The notes below the pieces were generated by a model. That model worked only from the letters and a program-made list of their open reading frames with translations. It was not told the origin of the DNA and did not search any database. Both the position numbers and the translations under genes were made by a program. DNA of 64,000 nt, from assembly GCA_038231275.1 (NCBI GenBank), contig JBBRLQ010000004.1, positions 160,001 to 224,000 of the forward strand, given 5' to 3'. This document shows positions 39,948 to 49,959 of the stretch, one piece after another (the first letter of the stretch is position 1; each line of letters begins with the position of its first letter). This DNA comes from Polyangiales bacterium (GTDB lineage: Bacteria > Myxococcota_A > Polyangia > Polyangiales > Polyangiaceae).

Positions 39948-41861
39948 ATGAGCACCGCCCACACCGAACCCGCCGAGACCGAGACGCCGAGCACGCCGCT
40001 CGGGCCGTCGCAGATCGCCACGCTGGTCGTCCTCGCGGCCCTCGCCGTCGTCGCGACCAAGCTGACGAACGTAGCGCTGCCGGTCATTGCCGCCGTCGCC
40101 ATCGCCGCCGTGATGCCTCGGCGGCACGGATGGGAGGTCCGCGCACCGATCGCCATCATCGCCGGCCTGCTCACCCTCTTCGTCGTGAAGATGTGGCCGG
40201 CCGCCGCGGGCGAAATCCCCGACGCGACGACGCCGCCGTGGGAGCCCCAGTCGCTCCTGTCGTGGCTCTTCGGTCTCCCGATCGCAGGCGCGATCGCGAT
40301 CCTCTTCTTGCCGCGCCAGGCCCCGCGCGTCCTCAAGTGGACGACGATGGTGGTCATGCTCGGGACGCTCGCAGCGAGCCTCCCGCTCCTCTCGATCTCG
40401 TACGGACGCGAGTTCCACTTCAACCAAGACATCGTGTGGATGGAGAAGCTCGGCATCCACTACCACGTCGCGCTCGACGGCATCTCGTTGTGGCTGGTCA
40501 TCTTGACGAGCTTCACGATGCCGATCGCGGCGTACGTGTCCTTCGGGAGCATCACGACGCGCATCAAGGACTGGTGCTTCTCGCTGCTGCTGCTCCAGGG
40601 GGCGATGATCGGCGCGTTCGTCGCGATGGATCTCTTCCTCTTCTATTTGTTCTGGGAGCTGATGCTCATCCCCATGTACGTCATGATCGGCGTCTGGGGC
40701 GGAACGAACCGGATCAAGAGCGCGCTCAAGTTCTTCCTCTACACGATGTTCGGCTCGGTGCTGATGCTGGCGGCGATCCTGTACATCGCCTACCAATACG
40801 CGCGCGTCTCCGGCGGGACGCCGTCGTTCGACTACTTCGAGCTCCAGCGCATGCTCGTTCCGCAGAACGTGCAGGCGTACCTGTGGGGCGCGTTCGCGCT
40901 GTCGTTCTTCATCAAAGTGCCGATGTTCCCGGTGCACACGTGGCTGCCGGACGCGCACACCGAGGCGCCAACCGCGGGATCGATCATCCTTGCGGCCATC
41001 ATGCTGAAGATGGGGACGTACGGGTACATGCGCTTCTGCATCGGGCTCTTCCCCGAGTCGTCGGCGGAGTACGCGGCCACCGCAGCGGGCTTCGCGGTGC
41101 TCGGCGGCATCCTCTATGGAGCGCTCTGCGCGTGGCGACAAGACGACGTGAAACGCCTCGTCGCGTACTCGTCGGTCGCACACCTCGGGTACGTGATGCT
41201 CGGTCTCTTCGCCGCGACAGGCGCGTCGCTCGAAGGCGCGCTCCTCCAAATGGTGAACCACGGCATCACGACCGGCGCGCTCTTCCTCTTGGTCGGCGTC
41301 ATCTACGACCGCCGCCACACGCGTCATGTCGACGACTTCGGCGGCCTCGCCAAGCCGATGCCCGTGTTCGCGACGATGTTCATCATCGCGACGCTGGCCA
41401 GCATCGGTCTGCCCGGAACCAACGGGTTCGTCGGTGAGTTCATGATCATCACCGGCACCTTCGTGTCGGCCAAGCTCGGACACGTCAACGGCATCCAGGC
41501 CGTCGGTGCGGCGATCGGCGTCATCCTCGGCGCGGTTTACATGCTGAGCGTCGTTCAGAAGATGTTCTTCGGTCCGGTGACCAAGAAAGAGAACCAGAAC
41601 CTCCCGGACATCAACGGCCGCGAGCTCGTGGCCGTCGCCCCGCTGGTGCTGATGATCTTCGTGATCGGGTTCTTCCCGAACATCTTCCTCTCGCAGCTGA
41701 AGCAGTCGTGCGCGCGCGTGCAGTCGGACCTCGAGGCGCGCATCGCGGCGAACCCCGCGCCGGCCTACTACACCGGGCCGCTCAAGCTCTTGCCGCGCAA
41801 GAGCGAGGCGCCCAAGGTCGTGGCCGCGGCCAAGACGGGCCAAGAAGCAGGGGGGAACTGA
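39948..41861 (+). CDS. nuoM: NADH-quinone oxidoreductase subunit M with an N-terminal extension
   Basis: DGISL, FWELML.PM, IKVPMFPVHTWLPDAHTEAP, AYSSVAHLG and GLPG.NGFVGE. Confidence 0.95.
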   Translation: MSTAHTEPAETETPSTPLGPSQIATLVVLAALAVVATKLTNVALPVIAAVAIAAVMPRRHGWEVRAPIAIIAGLLTLFVVKMWPAAAGEIPDATTPPWEPQSLLSWLFGLPIAGAIAILFLPRQAPRVLKWTTMVVMLGTLAASLPLLSISYGREFHFNQDIVWMEKLGIHYHVALDGISLWLVILTSFTMPIAAYVSFGSITTRIKDWCFSLLLLQGAMIGAFVAMDLFLFYLFWELMLIPMYVMIGVWGGTNRIKSALKFFLYTMFGSVLMLAAILYIAYQYARVSGGTPSFDYFELQRMLVPQNVQAYLWGAFALSFFIKVPMFPVHTWLPDAHTEAPTAGSIILAAIMLKMGTYGYMRFCIGLFPESSAEYAATAAGFAVLGGILYGALCAWRQDDVKRLVAYSSVAHLGYVMLGLFAATGASLEGALLQMVNHGITTGALFLLVGVIYDRRHTRHVDDFGGLAKPMPVFATMFIIATLASIGLPGTNGFVGEFMIITGTFVSAKLGHVNGIQAVGAAIGVILGAVYMLSVVQKMFFGPVTKKENQNLPDINGRELVAVAPLVLMIFVIGFFPNIFLSQLKQSCARVQSDLEARIAANPAPAYYTGPLKLLPRKSEAPKVVAAAKTGQEAGGN

Positions 41862-41863
41862 TC

Positions 41864-43339
41864 ATGAGCCTCACGTTCGCCATCTCCCCGCTTCTCATCA
41901 TCGCCGTCGGCGCCATGGCGCTGATGCTCTCCGAGGCGTTCGCCAAGAGGAGCAGCGGCCTCGCGCTCGGCACCACGATCGTCTTCGCGGCGTCCGGCGC
42001 CTTCGCGATGGCTGTGTGGCTCTACGGTCTCGAGGACATCGAAGGGCTCGAGGCCTTGTCGCCTTGGCTCGTTGTCGATCGGTTCTCGCTCTTCTTCGAC
42101 GTGCTGCTCTGCCTCGGCGGTGCCCTCGCGGCGCTCCTTGCGGGCGGGTATTTGCCCGAGCACAACCTCGATCGCGGCGAGTTCTATTCGCTGCTTTTGT
42201 TCGCGACGTTCGGCGCCATGATGCTCGCCGCCGCGGGAGACGTTCTAACGTTGTTCTTGGGGCTGGAGACGATGTCGATCGGCGCGTACGCGCTGACGGC
42301 GTTCCGTCGCGCGTCGGCGAAGAGCGCGGAGGGTGCGCTGAAGTACTTCCTTCTCGGCTCGTTCGCCGCGGCGCTGCTCCTTTTCGGCTTCACGCTCATC
42401 TACGGCGCGACCGGCCACACGGATCTCGCGGGAATCGGGGCGGCGCTCAAGGGCGGCGCGAGCCGGCAGCCGATGGTGGTCATCGCGCTGGTGCTCATCC
42501 TGGCCGGGCTCGTCTTCAAAGTGAGCGCGGTGCCGTTCCACATGTGGACGCCGGACGCGTACGAAGGCGCGCCGACTCCGGCGACGACGTACATGGCGAT
42601 CGCCGTGAAGAGCGGCGCGTTCGCGATGATGCTGCGCGTGCTCCTCACGTGCTTCGGCGATCCGTCGAGCATGTCGTGGGCCGCGGGCTGGCCGCCGGTC
42701 CTCGCGTGGGTCGCGGTTCTGACGATGACTGTGGCGAACCTCATCGCCGGCCGTCAGGAGTCGGTCAAACGCATGCTCGCGTATTCGAGCATCGCGCACG
42801 CGGGGTACATCCTTGTCGCGGTGGTGGCGACGATGCGCTCGCAGACGGTCGCCGGCGCGAGCGTCCTCTTCTATTTGCTCACGTACACCGTCTCGACTGC
42901 CGGCGCGTTCGGCGCGCTCATCCTATGCGGGCGGCGCGGCGCGGAGGCGGTCTCGTACGAGGACCTCTCGGGGATCGGCCGTAGGCACCCCGCAGCAGCG
43001 TTGCCGTTTGCGCTCTTCTTGCTCTCGCTTGCGGGGATTCCGCCGACCGCTGGGTTCTTCGGCAAATGGTTCATCTTCCGCGCGGCCATGGAGAGTGGGC
43101 TGACGTGGTTGACGATCATCGCCTTCATCAACAGCGTCATCGGCGCGTACTACTACCTGCGCGTGCTGGTCTACATGTACATGCGCGAGCCAGCGGCAGG
43201 TGCGCCGGTAGCCGTCCCGATGCGCTCGGGGTACGTGACGGCGGCGCTCCTCGTGAGCGCGCTCTTGGTCCTGGCGCTGGGGCTCTCGCCGACGCGCTCG
43301 CTCGACATCGCCGTGCAGGCGGCCTCGCTCGGGGGATGA
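41864..43339 (+). CDS. nuoN: NADH-quinone oxidoreductase subunit N
   Basis: SAEGALKYF, FKVSAVPFHMWTPDAYEGAP, KRMLAYSSIAHAG and AGIPPTAGFFGK. Confidence 0.95.
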   Translation: MSLTFAISPLLIIAVGAMALMLSEAFAKRSSGLALGTTIVFAASGAFAMAVWLYGLEDIEGLEALSPWLVVDRFSLFFDVLLCLGGALAALLAGGYLPEHNLDRGEFYSLLLFATFGAMMLAAAGDVLTLFLGLETMSIGAYALTAFRRASAKSAEGALKYFLLGSFAAALLLFGFTLIYGATGHTDLAGIGAALKGGASRQPMVVIALVLILAGLVFKVSAVPFHMWTPDAYEGAPTPATTYMAIAVKSGAFAMMLRVLLTCFGDPSSMSWAAGWPPVLAWVAVLTMTVANLIAGRQESVKRMLAYSSIAHAGYILVAVVATMRSQTVAGASVLFYLLTYTVSTAGAFGALILCGRRGAEAVSYEDLSGIGRRHPAAALPFALFLLSLAGIPPTAGFFGKWFIFRAAMESGLTWLTIIAFINSVIGAYYYLRVLVYMYMREPAAGAPVAVPMRSGYVTAALLVSALLVLALGLSPTRSLDIAVQAASLGG

Positions 43340-44274
43340 GCCGCTCGTTCGCATCGTGGACGGCGCTCGCCTCGTTCGCGAGCGTCGTCGCGCTGCCGTG
43401 CTTGCTTGCGGCGTGCCCTGACCGCAAGGATCCCGGCGCGACCGCAGCGGATGCGGCCGCCGACGTGGCGACGGCCCGTCCTGCCGCGAGCGCGCCGGTC
43501 AACGCGCTGCCGATCCCGAGCGCGAGCGTCGCCGCGGCGCTGGGCGCCGACAGAATGCCGCCGTACAAGGGGCCAACGGGCAGCCTGGAGGGGACGATCT
43601 TCGTCAAGGGTGAGCCCGCGCCGGACGTGCAGGCCGACTTCTCGAAGTGCCCGAGCGGCGTGAAGACGTACGGCAAGCTGTTCCGCGAGGGCGCGCCCAA
43701 CGAAGCGGGCCTCCGGCCGCTCGGCGACGCGGTCGTGGGCGTCACCGGCTACAGCGGCTACTACATCCCCGAGACGCGCGAGGCGAAGCTCGTGACGATC
43801 GAAGACTGCGCCTTCACGCAACGCACAATCGATCTCACGTACGGACAGCGCCTCGACATCGCCAACAAGACGAACGTGATGTTCGCGCCGGCGCTCTCCG
43901 GCTTCACGACGCCGGCGCTCATGATCGCGCCGCCGAACGCCGATCCGGTGCATCTCTACCCGCCGAAGCCCGGCTACTACACGATGAGCGATCGCTTCGA
44001 GGGCGTGTACCTCAAGGCCGACGTCTACGTGGTCTTGCACCCGCTGCACGCGGTGAGCGATCTCGCCGGGCACTACCGCATCGACGGCATCCCGGCCAAA
44101 ACCAAGCTGAGCGTCTTCGCGCGGCTCGCGTCGATCGGCGAGGCGGCGACCGAGATCGAGGTCCTGCCGAACGTCGTCGCGAAGGCCGACCTCACGCTCA
44201 CGTACGCGTCGCCCAAGGACGCCGGCGCGCCGCCCAAGCCGAAAGACGCCGGCGGCTACGTGCCGCCGAAGTAG
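43336..44274 (+). CDS. Lipoprotein with carboxypeptidase-regulatory-like / degenerate cupredoxin-like domain, coupled to nuoN
   Basis: ATGA overlap with nuoN; lipobox LAAC; DCAF...GQRLDIAN; HPLHAVSDLAGHYRIDGIP. Confidence 0.65.
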   Translation: MSRSFASWTALASFASVVALPCLLAACPDRKDPGATAADAAADVATARPAASAPVNALPIPSASVAAALGADRMPPYKGPTGSLEGTIFVKGEPAPDVQADFSKCPSGVKTYGKLFREGAPNEAGLRPLGDAVVGVTGYSGYYIPETREAKLVTIEDCAFTQRTIDLTYGQRLDIANKTNVMFAPALSGFTTPALMIAPPNADPVHLYPPKPGYYTMSDRFEGVYLKADVYVVLHPLHAVSDLAGHYRIDGIPAKTKLSVFARLASIGEAATEIEVLPNVVAKADLTLTYASPKDAGAPPKPKDAGGYVPPK

Positions 44275-44292
44275 TCGCGAGATACGGCTGCG

Positions 44293-45327
44293 CTACGGAA
44301 CCGCGCCGCGTGGGCCCGTGCCGGTGACGGGCGCGGTGGTGGACATGTTCGCCGCGTGAATCTGACCGGTGAATTGGCGGAGGTTGTCGTCGGGCGTGCT
44401 GCCGTTGTTCGCCCAGTATCCGTCGGAGATCGTGATGAGCCCGTTCACCGTGGCTTGCGTCTCTTCCTCTGCGCCGCGCTGATGGTTGTTGAAGATGTTC
44501 GACGCGGTGACCGTGCGCGCGCCGTCCGTCGTGGAGCCGTACAGCATGAAGCCATAGGCGCCGTCGTGGATCGAGACGTGCGAGATGTCGAACGACGTGA
44601 CGGTGTCGAAGTGGAAGCCGCAGTGGGCCCGGCTGAAATCGGTGTAGGATACATGCACCGTCGCGGCGCCGCGCGCGGCCACGAGATCGTTGTTCTCGTT
44701 GCCGGTGCCGTGCAGCTTCGAGTCCTCGATGCTGACGGTCGCGGCGGCGTCTTGCGCGACGATGCCTTCGAAGGATGCGGCGTCGTAGTCGAGGAACGTC
44801 GCGGTGAAGCTCCCGATCACGGCGGCCGCCTTGGTCGAGCCGGCGACGGTCGCGTGCGCGACGGTGAGCTTGGCGCCCTTGTCGACCTCGAAGGGGCCTG
44901 AGGCGTCGATGGTTCCGTACTCGTACGACGCGCTTCCGCCCTGGATCGACAGCGCGGTCTCGGCGGTGGAAATGTCGGCGCCGTCAAGCTCGAGATCGCC
45001 GCCGGTGACGACGACGAGGCCGCCCCATGGCGTGCCGCCGAGCTTCGCGTGCGCGGCGCGGCTCGCGGCCTTGAGCGTCCCCGCAATGGTGACGGTGACG
45101 CCGGGCGCGAACGAGATCTTCGCGCCAGGCGCGATTGTCGCGGTACTGCCGAACGGAATCGTCACGCTCGCCGCGAAGTGCTTGCCGTCACCCCACGTGT
45201 CGTCAGCGGGAGTGCTGGTGGTCGGTCCGGGAGCGGCCTTGGAGCTGGATGAGCAGGCGACGGCGCCGGCGGCGAGCGGCACCAGCGCGAGCGCGAGCGC
45301 GGCGGAGCGAAGGGAACGGAGCAGCAT
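44293..45327 (-). CDS. Lipoprotein with right-handed parallel beta-helix
   Basis: Lipobox AVAC; TIAPGAKISF..G..I.GTL.A, WGGL; repeated I-x-x-S-x-I/F coils; YWANN. Confidence 0.65.
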   Translation of the reverse strand: MLLRSLRSAALALALVPLAAGAVACSSSSKAAPGPTTSTPADDTWGDGKHFAASVTIPFGSTATIAPGAKISFAPGVTVTIAGTLKAASRAAHAKLGGTPWGGLVVVTGGDLELDGADISTAETALSIQGGSASYEYGTIDASGPFEVDKGAKLTVAHATVAGSTKAAAVIGSFTATFLDYDAASFEGIVAQDAAATVSIEDSKLHGTGNENNDLVAARGAATVHVSYTDFSRAHCGFHFDTVTSFDISHVSIHDGAYGFMLYGSTTDGARTVTASNIFNNHQRGAEEETQATVNGLITISDGYWANNGSTPDDNLRQFTGQIHAANMSTTAPVTGTGPRGAVP

Positions 45328-45488
45328 GGCCCTCTGCCCTTCAAGAGGCGATCCAACCTCGCGAGAATTTCGGTTCGGTGCGGACCGCGAGTTTCTCGGC
45401 GAATCCTTCGTATAGCGACATATACCCTACACGTGGGCAAGGCCCGGGGGACCGCAGCGCTGGGCCGCACCCGATCCATCGAGGCGGA

Positions 45489-47084
45489 TCACTGGCCGAC
45501 GAGCGCGCGCTCCGCAGGGGTGCGCGCGAGAGCCGTCATGCGCGCGCGCGCGGGGATGATCGCGCGCTCGTCGCCGCGTGTCTTGGCGACGTCGAGGGCG
45601 GCGGCGGCGGCGATCGGATCGCGCGGATCGATCGCGCCGAGGCGACCGGCCTCGACGGCGTCAGGGGGCGTGCCGCGGGCGAGTGCGATCTTGGCGAGCG
45701 CGCTCGCGATCATTCCGTCGCGACGCGCGGCCGGCGAGAGCGCGCGCGCGAAGGCGAGCGCCTCGGGGGACTGCGGGCGGAGGAGAGACAGCGCGAGGAG
45801 TCGGTGACGCGGATCGACCTCGCCGTCGGCCGGGTCCGGCGAAAGGGTACGCTGGCGCGCGGCGAGCTCGATGCGCGCGTCGACCGGCAGCGTCGCGCCG
45901 TCCATGACCCCGCGCGCGGCGAGTTCGGCGGCGGCGCGCGCGAGGAGCGGATCTCCGGGCTCTCCGGTCGGGCCGCCCGTCGCCACGGCGAATCGGCGCG
46001 CGGCGTCCACGCCCACGACGTCCGCGAGGCGCTCGGCGAAGGCCGCGACCGCGGCGAACGGAACGTCCCCGGCGGGGGCCTTCGCTCCCTGAAAGACGCG
46101 CGCGAGATCCGCAGGATCGAGATCACCCGCCGCTGCGAGCACCATGCGCGCACCGGCTGCCTTCGGATCGGCTGCGGCCACCGGCGCTGCGAGCTGTCGG
46201 GCCATGCGCCGATCGCCGAGGAGCAGCGCGCGCGCCGCGGCCTCTTCCAGGCCGAGGCGTCCGCGTGTCGCGCGAAGGCGGACTTGCTCCACGTCGCCTT
46301 CGGAGATCGCGGCGTCGAGTGCGAGGCGCGCCGCAGCCGGTGAGACGCCCGGTCCGTCCGCGTCCACCGCGGCCGCAGCGACGACGCGCGCCGCCTGCGC
46401 CTCCCCTTCCCCTGCGAGCTTCACCGCGCGATCGCCGAACGCGCGGCGCTGGCCCGGCGAGTGCCGCACGGCCTCCGCGAGCGCGCGTGCCATGAGCACC
46501 GAGTCGTCGTGCGCGCGACCCCACGCGGCGAGCGCCTCCCACGCGGCGACGCTCTCGCGATGAACGAGCGTGAGCGCGACCAGGCGATCGCGCGCGGCCG
46601 CCACGTCTCCGCTCGACTCCGCCGCGCGCGCGAGTACGAGCTGCGGCGCGATCGCGCGAGGATCTTCACGCGACGCACGGAGCGCGGCCTCCGCGGCGGC
46701 TCGCGCGCCTCCTGTCGGATCGCGGAGCGTCGCGCACCTCGCGCGCGCCTCCCACGCCGGCGCGTACCCGGAGTCGATCGCGAGCGCCCGCGAGATCGCC
46801 CGCTCCGCCCCCTCGTCCGACGCGCGCATCCTGCACCGTACGTCGCCGATCCGCGTCCACACCTCGGGATCCGACGGATCGCGCTCGGCGGTCTCCGCGT
46901 ACGCGGCGAGGGCCCCCGCGAGATCGCCCGCCGCTTCGGCGATCGCGCCGCGCAAGAACGACGCGTAGACCTCCGGCTCCACGAACGCGCCGGCCACGAG
47001 CCGCCCGTCGACGACACGCACCACGTCGGGGCTCGCGCCGCACGCTTGGACCGCGAGCGCCGCCGCGACGAAGAGTCCCTTCAC
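45489..47084 (-). CDS. TPR-like Ala-rich lipoprotein coupled to hisC
   Basis: GTGA overlap with the hisC stop; lipobox VQAC; TPR-like GDLAGALAAY..A..DP.DPEVW..IG. Confidence 0.6.
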   Translation of the reverse strand: MKGLFVAAALAVQACGASPDVVRVVDGRLVAGAFVEPEVYASFLRGAIAEAAGDLAGALAAYAETAERDPSDPEVWTRIGDVRCRMRASDEGAERAISRALAIDSGYAPAWEARARCATLRDPTGGARAAAEAALRASREDPRAIAPQLVLARAAESSGDVAAARDRLVALTLVHRESVAAWEALAAWGRAHDDSVLMARALAEAVRHSPGQRRAFGDRAVKLAGEGEAQAARVVAAAAVDADGPGVSPAAARLALDAAISEGDVEQVRLRATRGRLGLEEAAARALLLGDRRMARQLAAPVAAADPKAAGARMVLAAAGDLDPADLARVFQGAKAPAGDVPFAAVAAFAERLADVVGVDAARRFAVATGGPTGEPGDPLLARAAAELAARGVMDGATLPVDARIELAARQRTLSPDPADGEVDPRHRLLALSLLRPQSPEALAFARALSPAARRDGMIASALAKIALARGTPPDAVEAGRLGAIDPRDPIAAAAALDVAKTRGDERAIIPARARMTALARTPAERALVGQ

Positions 47085-48175
47085 GCCGCGCACGTGCGGA
47101 GCCCCTCCAAGAGCAGATCGTCGTGCTCGGGGGAGCCGATCGTCACGCGAAGCTGCTGGGCCATGCGCCCCCCGGTCGCATGGAAGCTGCGGACCAGCAC
47201 GCCGCGCGCGCGCAGGTGCTCCATGACCTGGTCCGCGGGACGCGGCGCCTTCACCCACAAGAAATTTGCGGCGCTCGGCGTGACCTCGAACCCTGGAAGC
47301 GCGGCGATCGCCTCGGCGACGCGCGCCCGCTCGCGGACGATCGCGGCGGTGTGCTCGCCGACCTCGTCCCACGCGTCCTCGAGGACCGCGGCGGCGGCGG
47401 CCTGGCTCGTGGCGCTCACGTTGAAGGGCTGGCGCGCCTTGTCGATTTGCGCGACGAGCTCCGCGTCGGCCTCGAGCCAGCCGACCCGAAGCGCGGCGAG
47501 GCCCACTTTGCTGAGCGTGCGGAGGACGCCCACGTTCGGGAATCTCTCGCGAAGGCTCCGCAGCGACTCGCCCGCGTAGTCGATGTACGCCTCGTCGATG
47601 ACCACGAACGATTCTGCCGCGGCCTCGAGGATCTTCACGATGCGATCCTGGCTCATGCGGTTGCCGGTCGGGTTGTTGGGCGTCGCGATGTAGATGACGT
47701 TCGGGCGTGTCACCTCGATCGCGCGCGTCATCATCGCGACGTCGAGATCCCACGCCTGGTCCAGCGGCACCGCGACGGGCTTGAGGCCGTGGGCGCGCGC
47801 CGTGATGCGGTACATCACGAACGTCGGGATCGGCGACAGAATCGTGGCTTGCGGCGCTCCTTCACGCGGCCTCGCGAGCGCCGTGGACAGCAACGCGATG
47901 ACCTCGTCCGAGCCGGTGCCCACGAGCAAATCCTCCGCGGCCGCGCCGGTGCGCGCGGCGATCGCCGCCTTGAGACGCGACGCGCGCGCGTCGGGGTACC
48001 GTTCGAGCGCGAGCTCCGTCACCGCGCGGCGCACGACCTCGGCGATCTTGGGAGATCGCGGGGCCGGCGCCTCGTTGGCGTCGAGCCGCGCCACGATCCC
48101 CGACGAATCGCCTGGAACGTACGCCGCGAGATCGAAGAGCTCGCGTCGGAGCAGCGCCGAGAGGTGCTCGTTCAC
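47081..48175 (-). CDS. hisC: Histidinol-phosphate aminotransferase
   Basis: LDANE, RYPD, GSDE, PNNPTG, DEAY and RTLSK..LAALRVG. Confidence 0.92.
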   Translation of the reverse strand: MNEHLSALLRRELFDLAAYVPGDSSGIVARLDANEAPAPRSPKIAEVVRRAVTELALERYPDARASRLKAAIAARTGAAAEDLLVGTGSDEVIALLSTALARPREGAPQATILSPIPTFVMYRITARAHGLKPVAVPLDQAWDLDVAMMTRAIEVTRPNVIYIATPNNPTGNRMSQDRIVKILEAAAESFVVIDEAYIDYAGESLRSLRERFPNVGVLRTLSKVGLAALRVGWLEADAELVAQIDKARQPFNVSATSQAAAAAVLEDAWDEVGEHTAAIVRERARVAEAIAALPGFEVTPSAANFLWVKAPRPADQVMEHLRARGVLVRSFHATGGRMAQQLRVTIGSPEHDDLLLEGLRTCAA

Positions 48176-48231
48176 ACCCTCGAATCTACCATACGGCCGA
48201 GGACTGTACGGTCACGAGCGCTACGCTCCGC

Positions 48232-49686
48232 TCAGCGGATCGGAGGCTGCGTGAACCCGCCGCCGCTCGGCTGTGAGCCGTAGCCGCCGTAGTCGATCGT
48301 GTCGTCGCCACATCCCGCGATGCAGCCGCCGCAGGTCGGGCCGTTGCACCCCGCGCCGTCGCCGCCGACCGAAGGCGCGTTCTGCGCGCCCGAGGAGCCG
48401 ACCGGAGGCATCACGCCGCCCGATCCGCTCGACTCCGGCGGGATGTTGCTCGGGCTGTTGTTTGGGCACGAGCCCCAGCAGTTTCCGGAGCCGCCGCCCA
48501 TCGGCGGGACGAGGACGCCGGTGCCGCTGCCGCCGCTCGATCCCGTCTGGCCGTTGCCGGTAGAGCCGCTCGACGAGCCGACCGGAGGCGTCGTGCCGCC
48601 CGTGCCGCTGCCGCTCGAGCCGCCGAAGCCGGAGCTGGACCCGCCTCCCGAGCTGGTGCCGAAGCCGGAGCTGCCGCCCGACGAGCTGCCGCCGCCCTCG
48701 GGGGGCGGTCCTTCACAGTCACCGCCGCCGCCCGAAGAGCTTCCGCTCGACGATCCACCGCCGCTCGACGTGCTCCCACCGCTCGATGTGCTCCCGCCGT
48801 GCCCGCTGGACCCGCTGGACCCGCTGGACCCGCTGGACCCGCTGGAGCTGCTCGAGCTCGACGAGGATCCGCCGCTGCTCGATCCCGTGGTCGAGCCGCT
48901 CGAGCTGCTGCTGGAGCTGCCCGGATGGCACGACGTGGTGAAGGCGATCGGGTGATTGTTGTGGCAGAGGACCTTGCTCTGCGTCCATCGCCCCATCACG
49001 TCGACGCGCGCGATGTGCATCATGCCGGTCTGCTCGCCCTTGCCGGAGACGACGCCGTAGATGATGTTCGTTTGCGGGTCGATGAGCGCGCCGCCGGTGT
49101 CCACCGTCTCGCCGGCGCCGAACGCGCCGAGGTAGTCGTACGCGAAGCCCTTGCTCGTGCCGAGCTCGACCTCGCCTTGAACGGCCTCGAACGTCGCGTT
49201 GGCGGCGGTGACATCGACGCGGCGCATGCGCTGGACCGCGGTGGAACCGTCGTACGCGGCGGTGGCGAGCGTCGGGTAATGATCGAGCGCGATCGCTTTC
49301 TCGAGGATGACGAGGCCGAGGTCGACGTGGAGGTTGTGCGACTTGTTCGACTGGAAATTCTTCCAGTCGTACGTGACGCCGCGGTACCCGGTGACCGTTC
49401 CGCTGTGGACGGCCGGGGCGTTCACCGCCCACTTGACCGCGCTCGCCACGCAGTGGCCCGCGGTGATGACCGTGGTCGGCCCGATCAGCGTGCCCGAGCA
49501 CGTCGTGACTTGCTTGCCGCCGGCGTCGTAGGCGATGAGCGCCACGTTCGCCTTCGACGTCGCGTCGGAGACCTGCACTCCGGCCCCAGAATTCGACGAG
49601 TCGCCGCACGCGATCAAGAGCCCGACGAGGCCCGACACGCCGAGCGCGGCCTTCGACACGTACATCGACGAACGCTTGATGCCCAT
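48232..49686 (-). CDS. Trypsin-like (S1) protease homolog lipoprotein, catalytic Ser replaced by Thr, long Gly/Ser-rich tail
   Basis: GGAGGAG SD; lipobox LIAC; CSGTLI...TAGHC; DLGL; VDTGGAL where GDSGGP is expected. Confidence 0.75.
   Translation of the reverse strand: MGIKRSSMYVSKAALGVSGLVGLLIACGDSSNSGAGVQVSDATSKANVALIAYDAGGKQVTTCSGTLIGPTTVITAGHCVASAVKWAVNAPAVHSGTVTGYRGVTYDWKNFQSNKSHNLHVDLGLVILEKAIALDHYPTLATAAYDGSTAVQRMRRVDVTAANATFEAVQGEVELGTSKGFAYDYLGAFGAGETVDTGGALIDPQTNIIYGVVSGKGEQTGMMHIARVDVMGRWTQSKVLCHNNHPIAFTTSCHPGSSSSSSSGSTTGSSSGGSSSSSSSSSGSSGSSGSSGSSGHGGSTSSGGSTSSGGGSSSGSSSGGGGDCEGPPPEGGGSSSGGSSGFGTSSGGGSSSGFGGSSGSGTGGTTPPVGSSSGSTGNGQTGSSGGSGTGVLVPPMGGGSGNCWGSCPNNSPSNIPPESSGSGGVMPPVGSSGAQNAPSVGGDGAGCNGPTCGGCIAGCGDDTIDYGGYGSQPSGGGFTQPPIR
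48802..48846. repeat. 9-bp tandem repeat (CCCGCTGGA)x5 encoding SSG repeats
   Basis: Five perfect copies within the Gly/Ser tail. Confidence 0.85.
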
Positions 49687-49740
49687 GAGCTCCTCCAGAT
49701 CCAGAACGAGAATCGTCGGTGACGCGACGCTCTCTACGCA

Positions 49741-49758
49741 TTGCACGGGCAAGGCCAA
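49741..49758 (-). promoter_or_regulatory. Putative sigma54 promoter (toward trypsin-like gene)
   Basis: Minus strand TTGGCCTTGCCCGTGCAA (GG-N10-GC). Confidence 0.45.
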
Positions 49759-49941
49759 TTGTTGCCACCGCGAATTCGCGGAGGATTCGCGCGCGCGGCG
49801 TCGCAGGTGCGGTGCGATGCCCTCACCGTGGATCGGGTTTGGCTCGGCAGTCCGGACCTGTGGGACAACGCGAAGGCGTCGATCGGTGCTCGCACGATCC
49901 GGGCATTCGCTGGAACTGTGCATCTTCCCTGCAATCCTGGC

Positions 49942-49959
49942 GTGGCCTTCTTCGTGCAC
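49942..49959 (+). promoter_or_regulatory. Putative sigma54 promoter (toward Cys-rich lipoprotein)
   Basis: GTGGCCTTCTTCGTGCAC (GG-N10-GC), 15 nt before the ATG. Confidence 0.4.

Noticed and set aside
48560..48920. Repetitive DNA that could resemble a CRISPR array (also 59820-60130)
   Set aside because: In-frame Gly/Ser coding repeats with no repeat-spacer structure and no cas genes.
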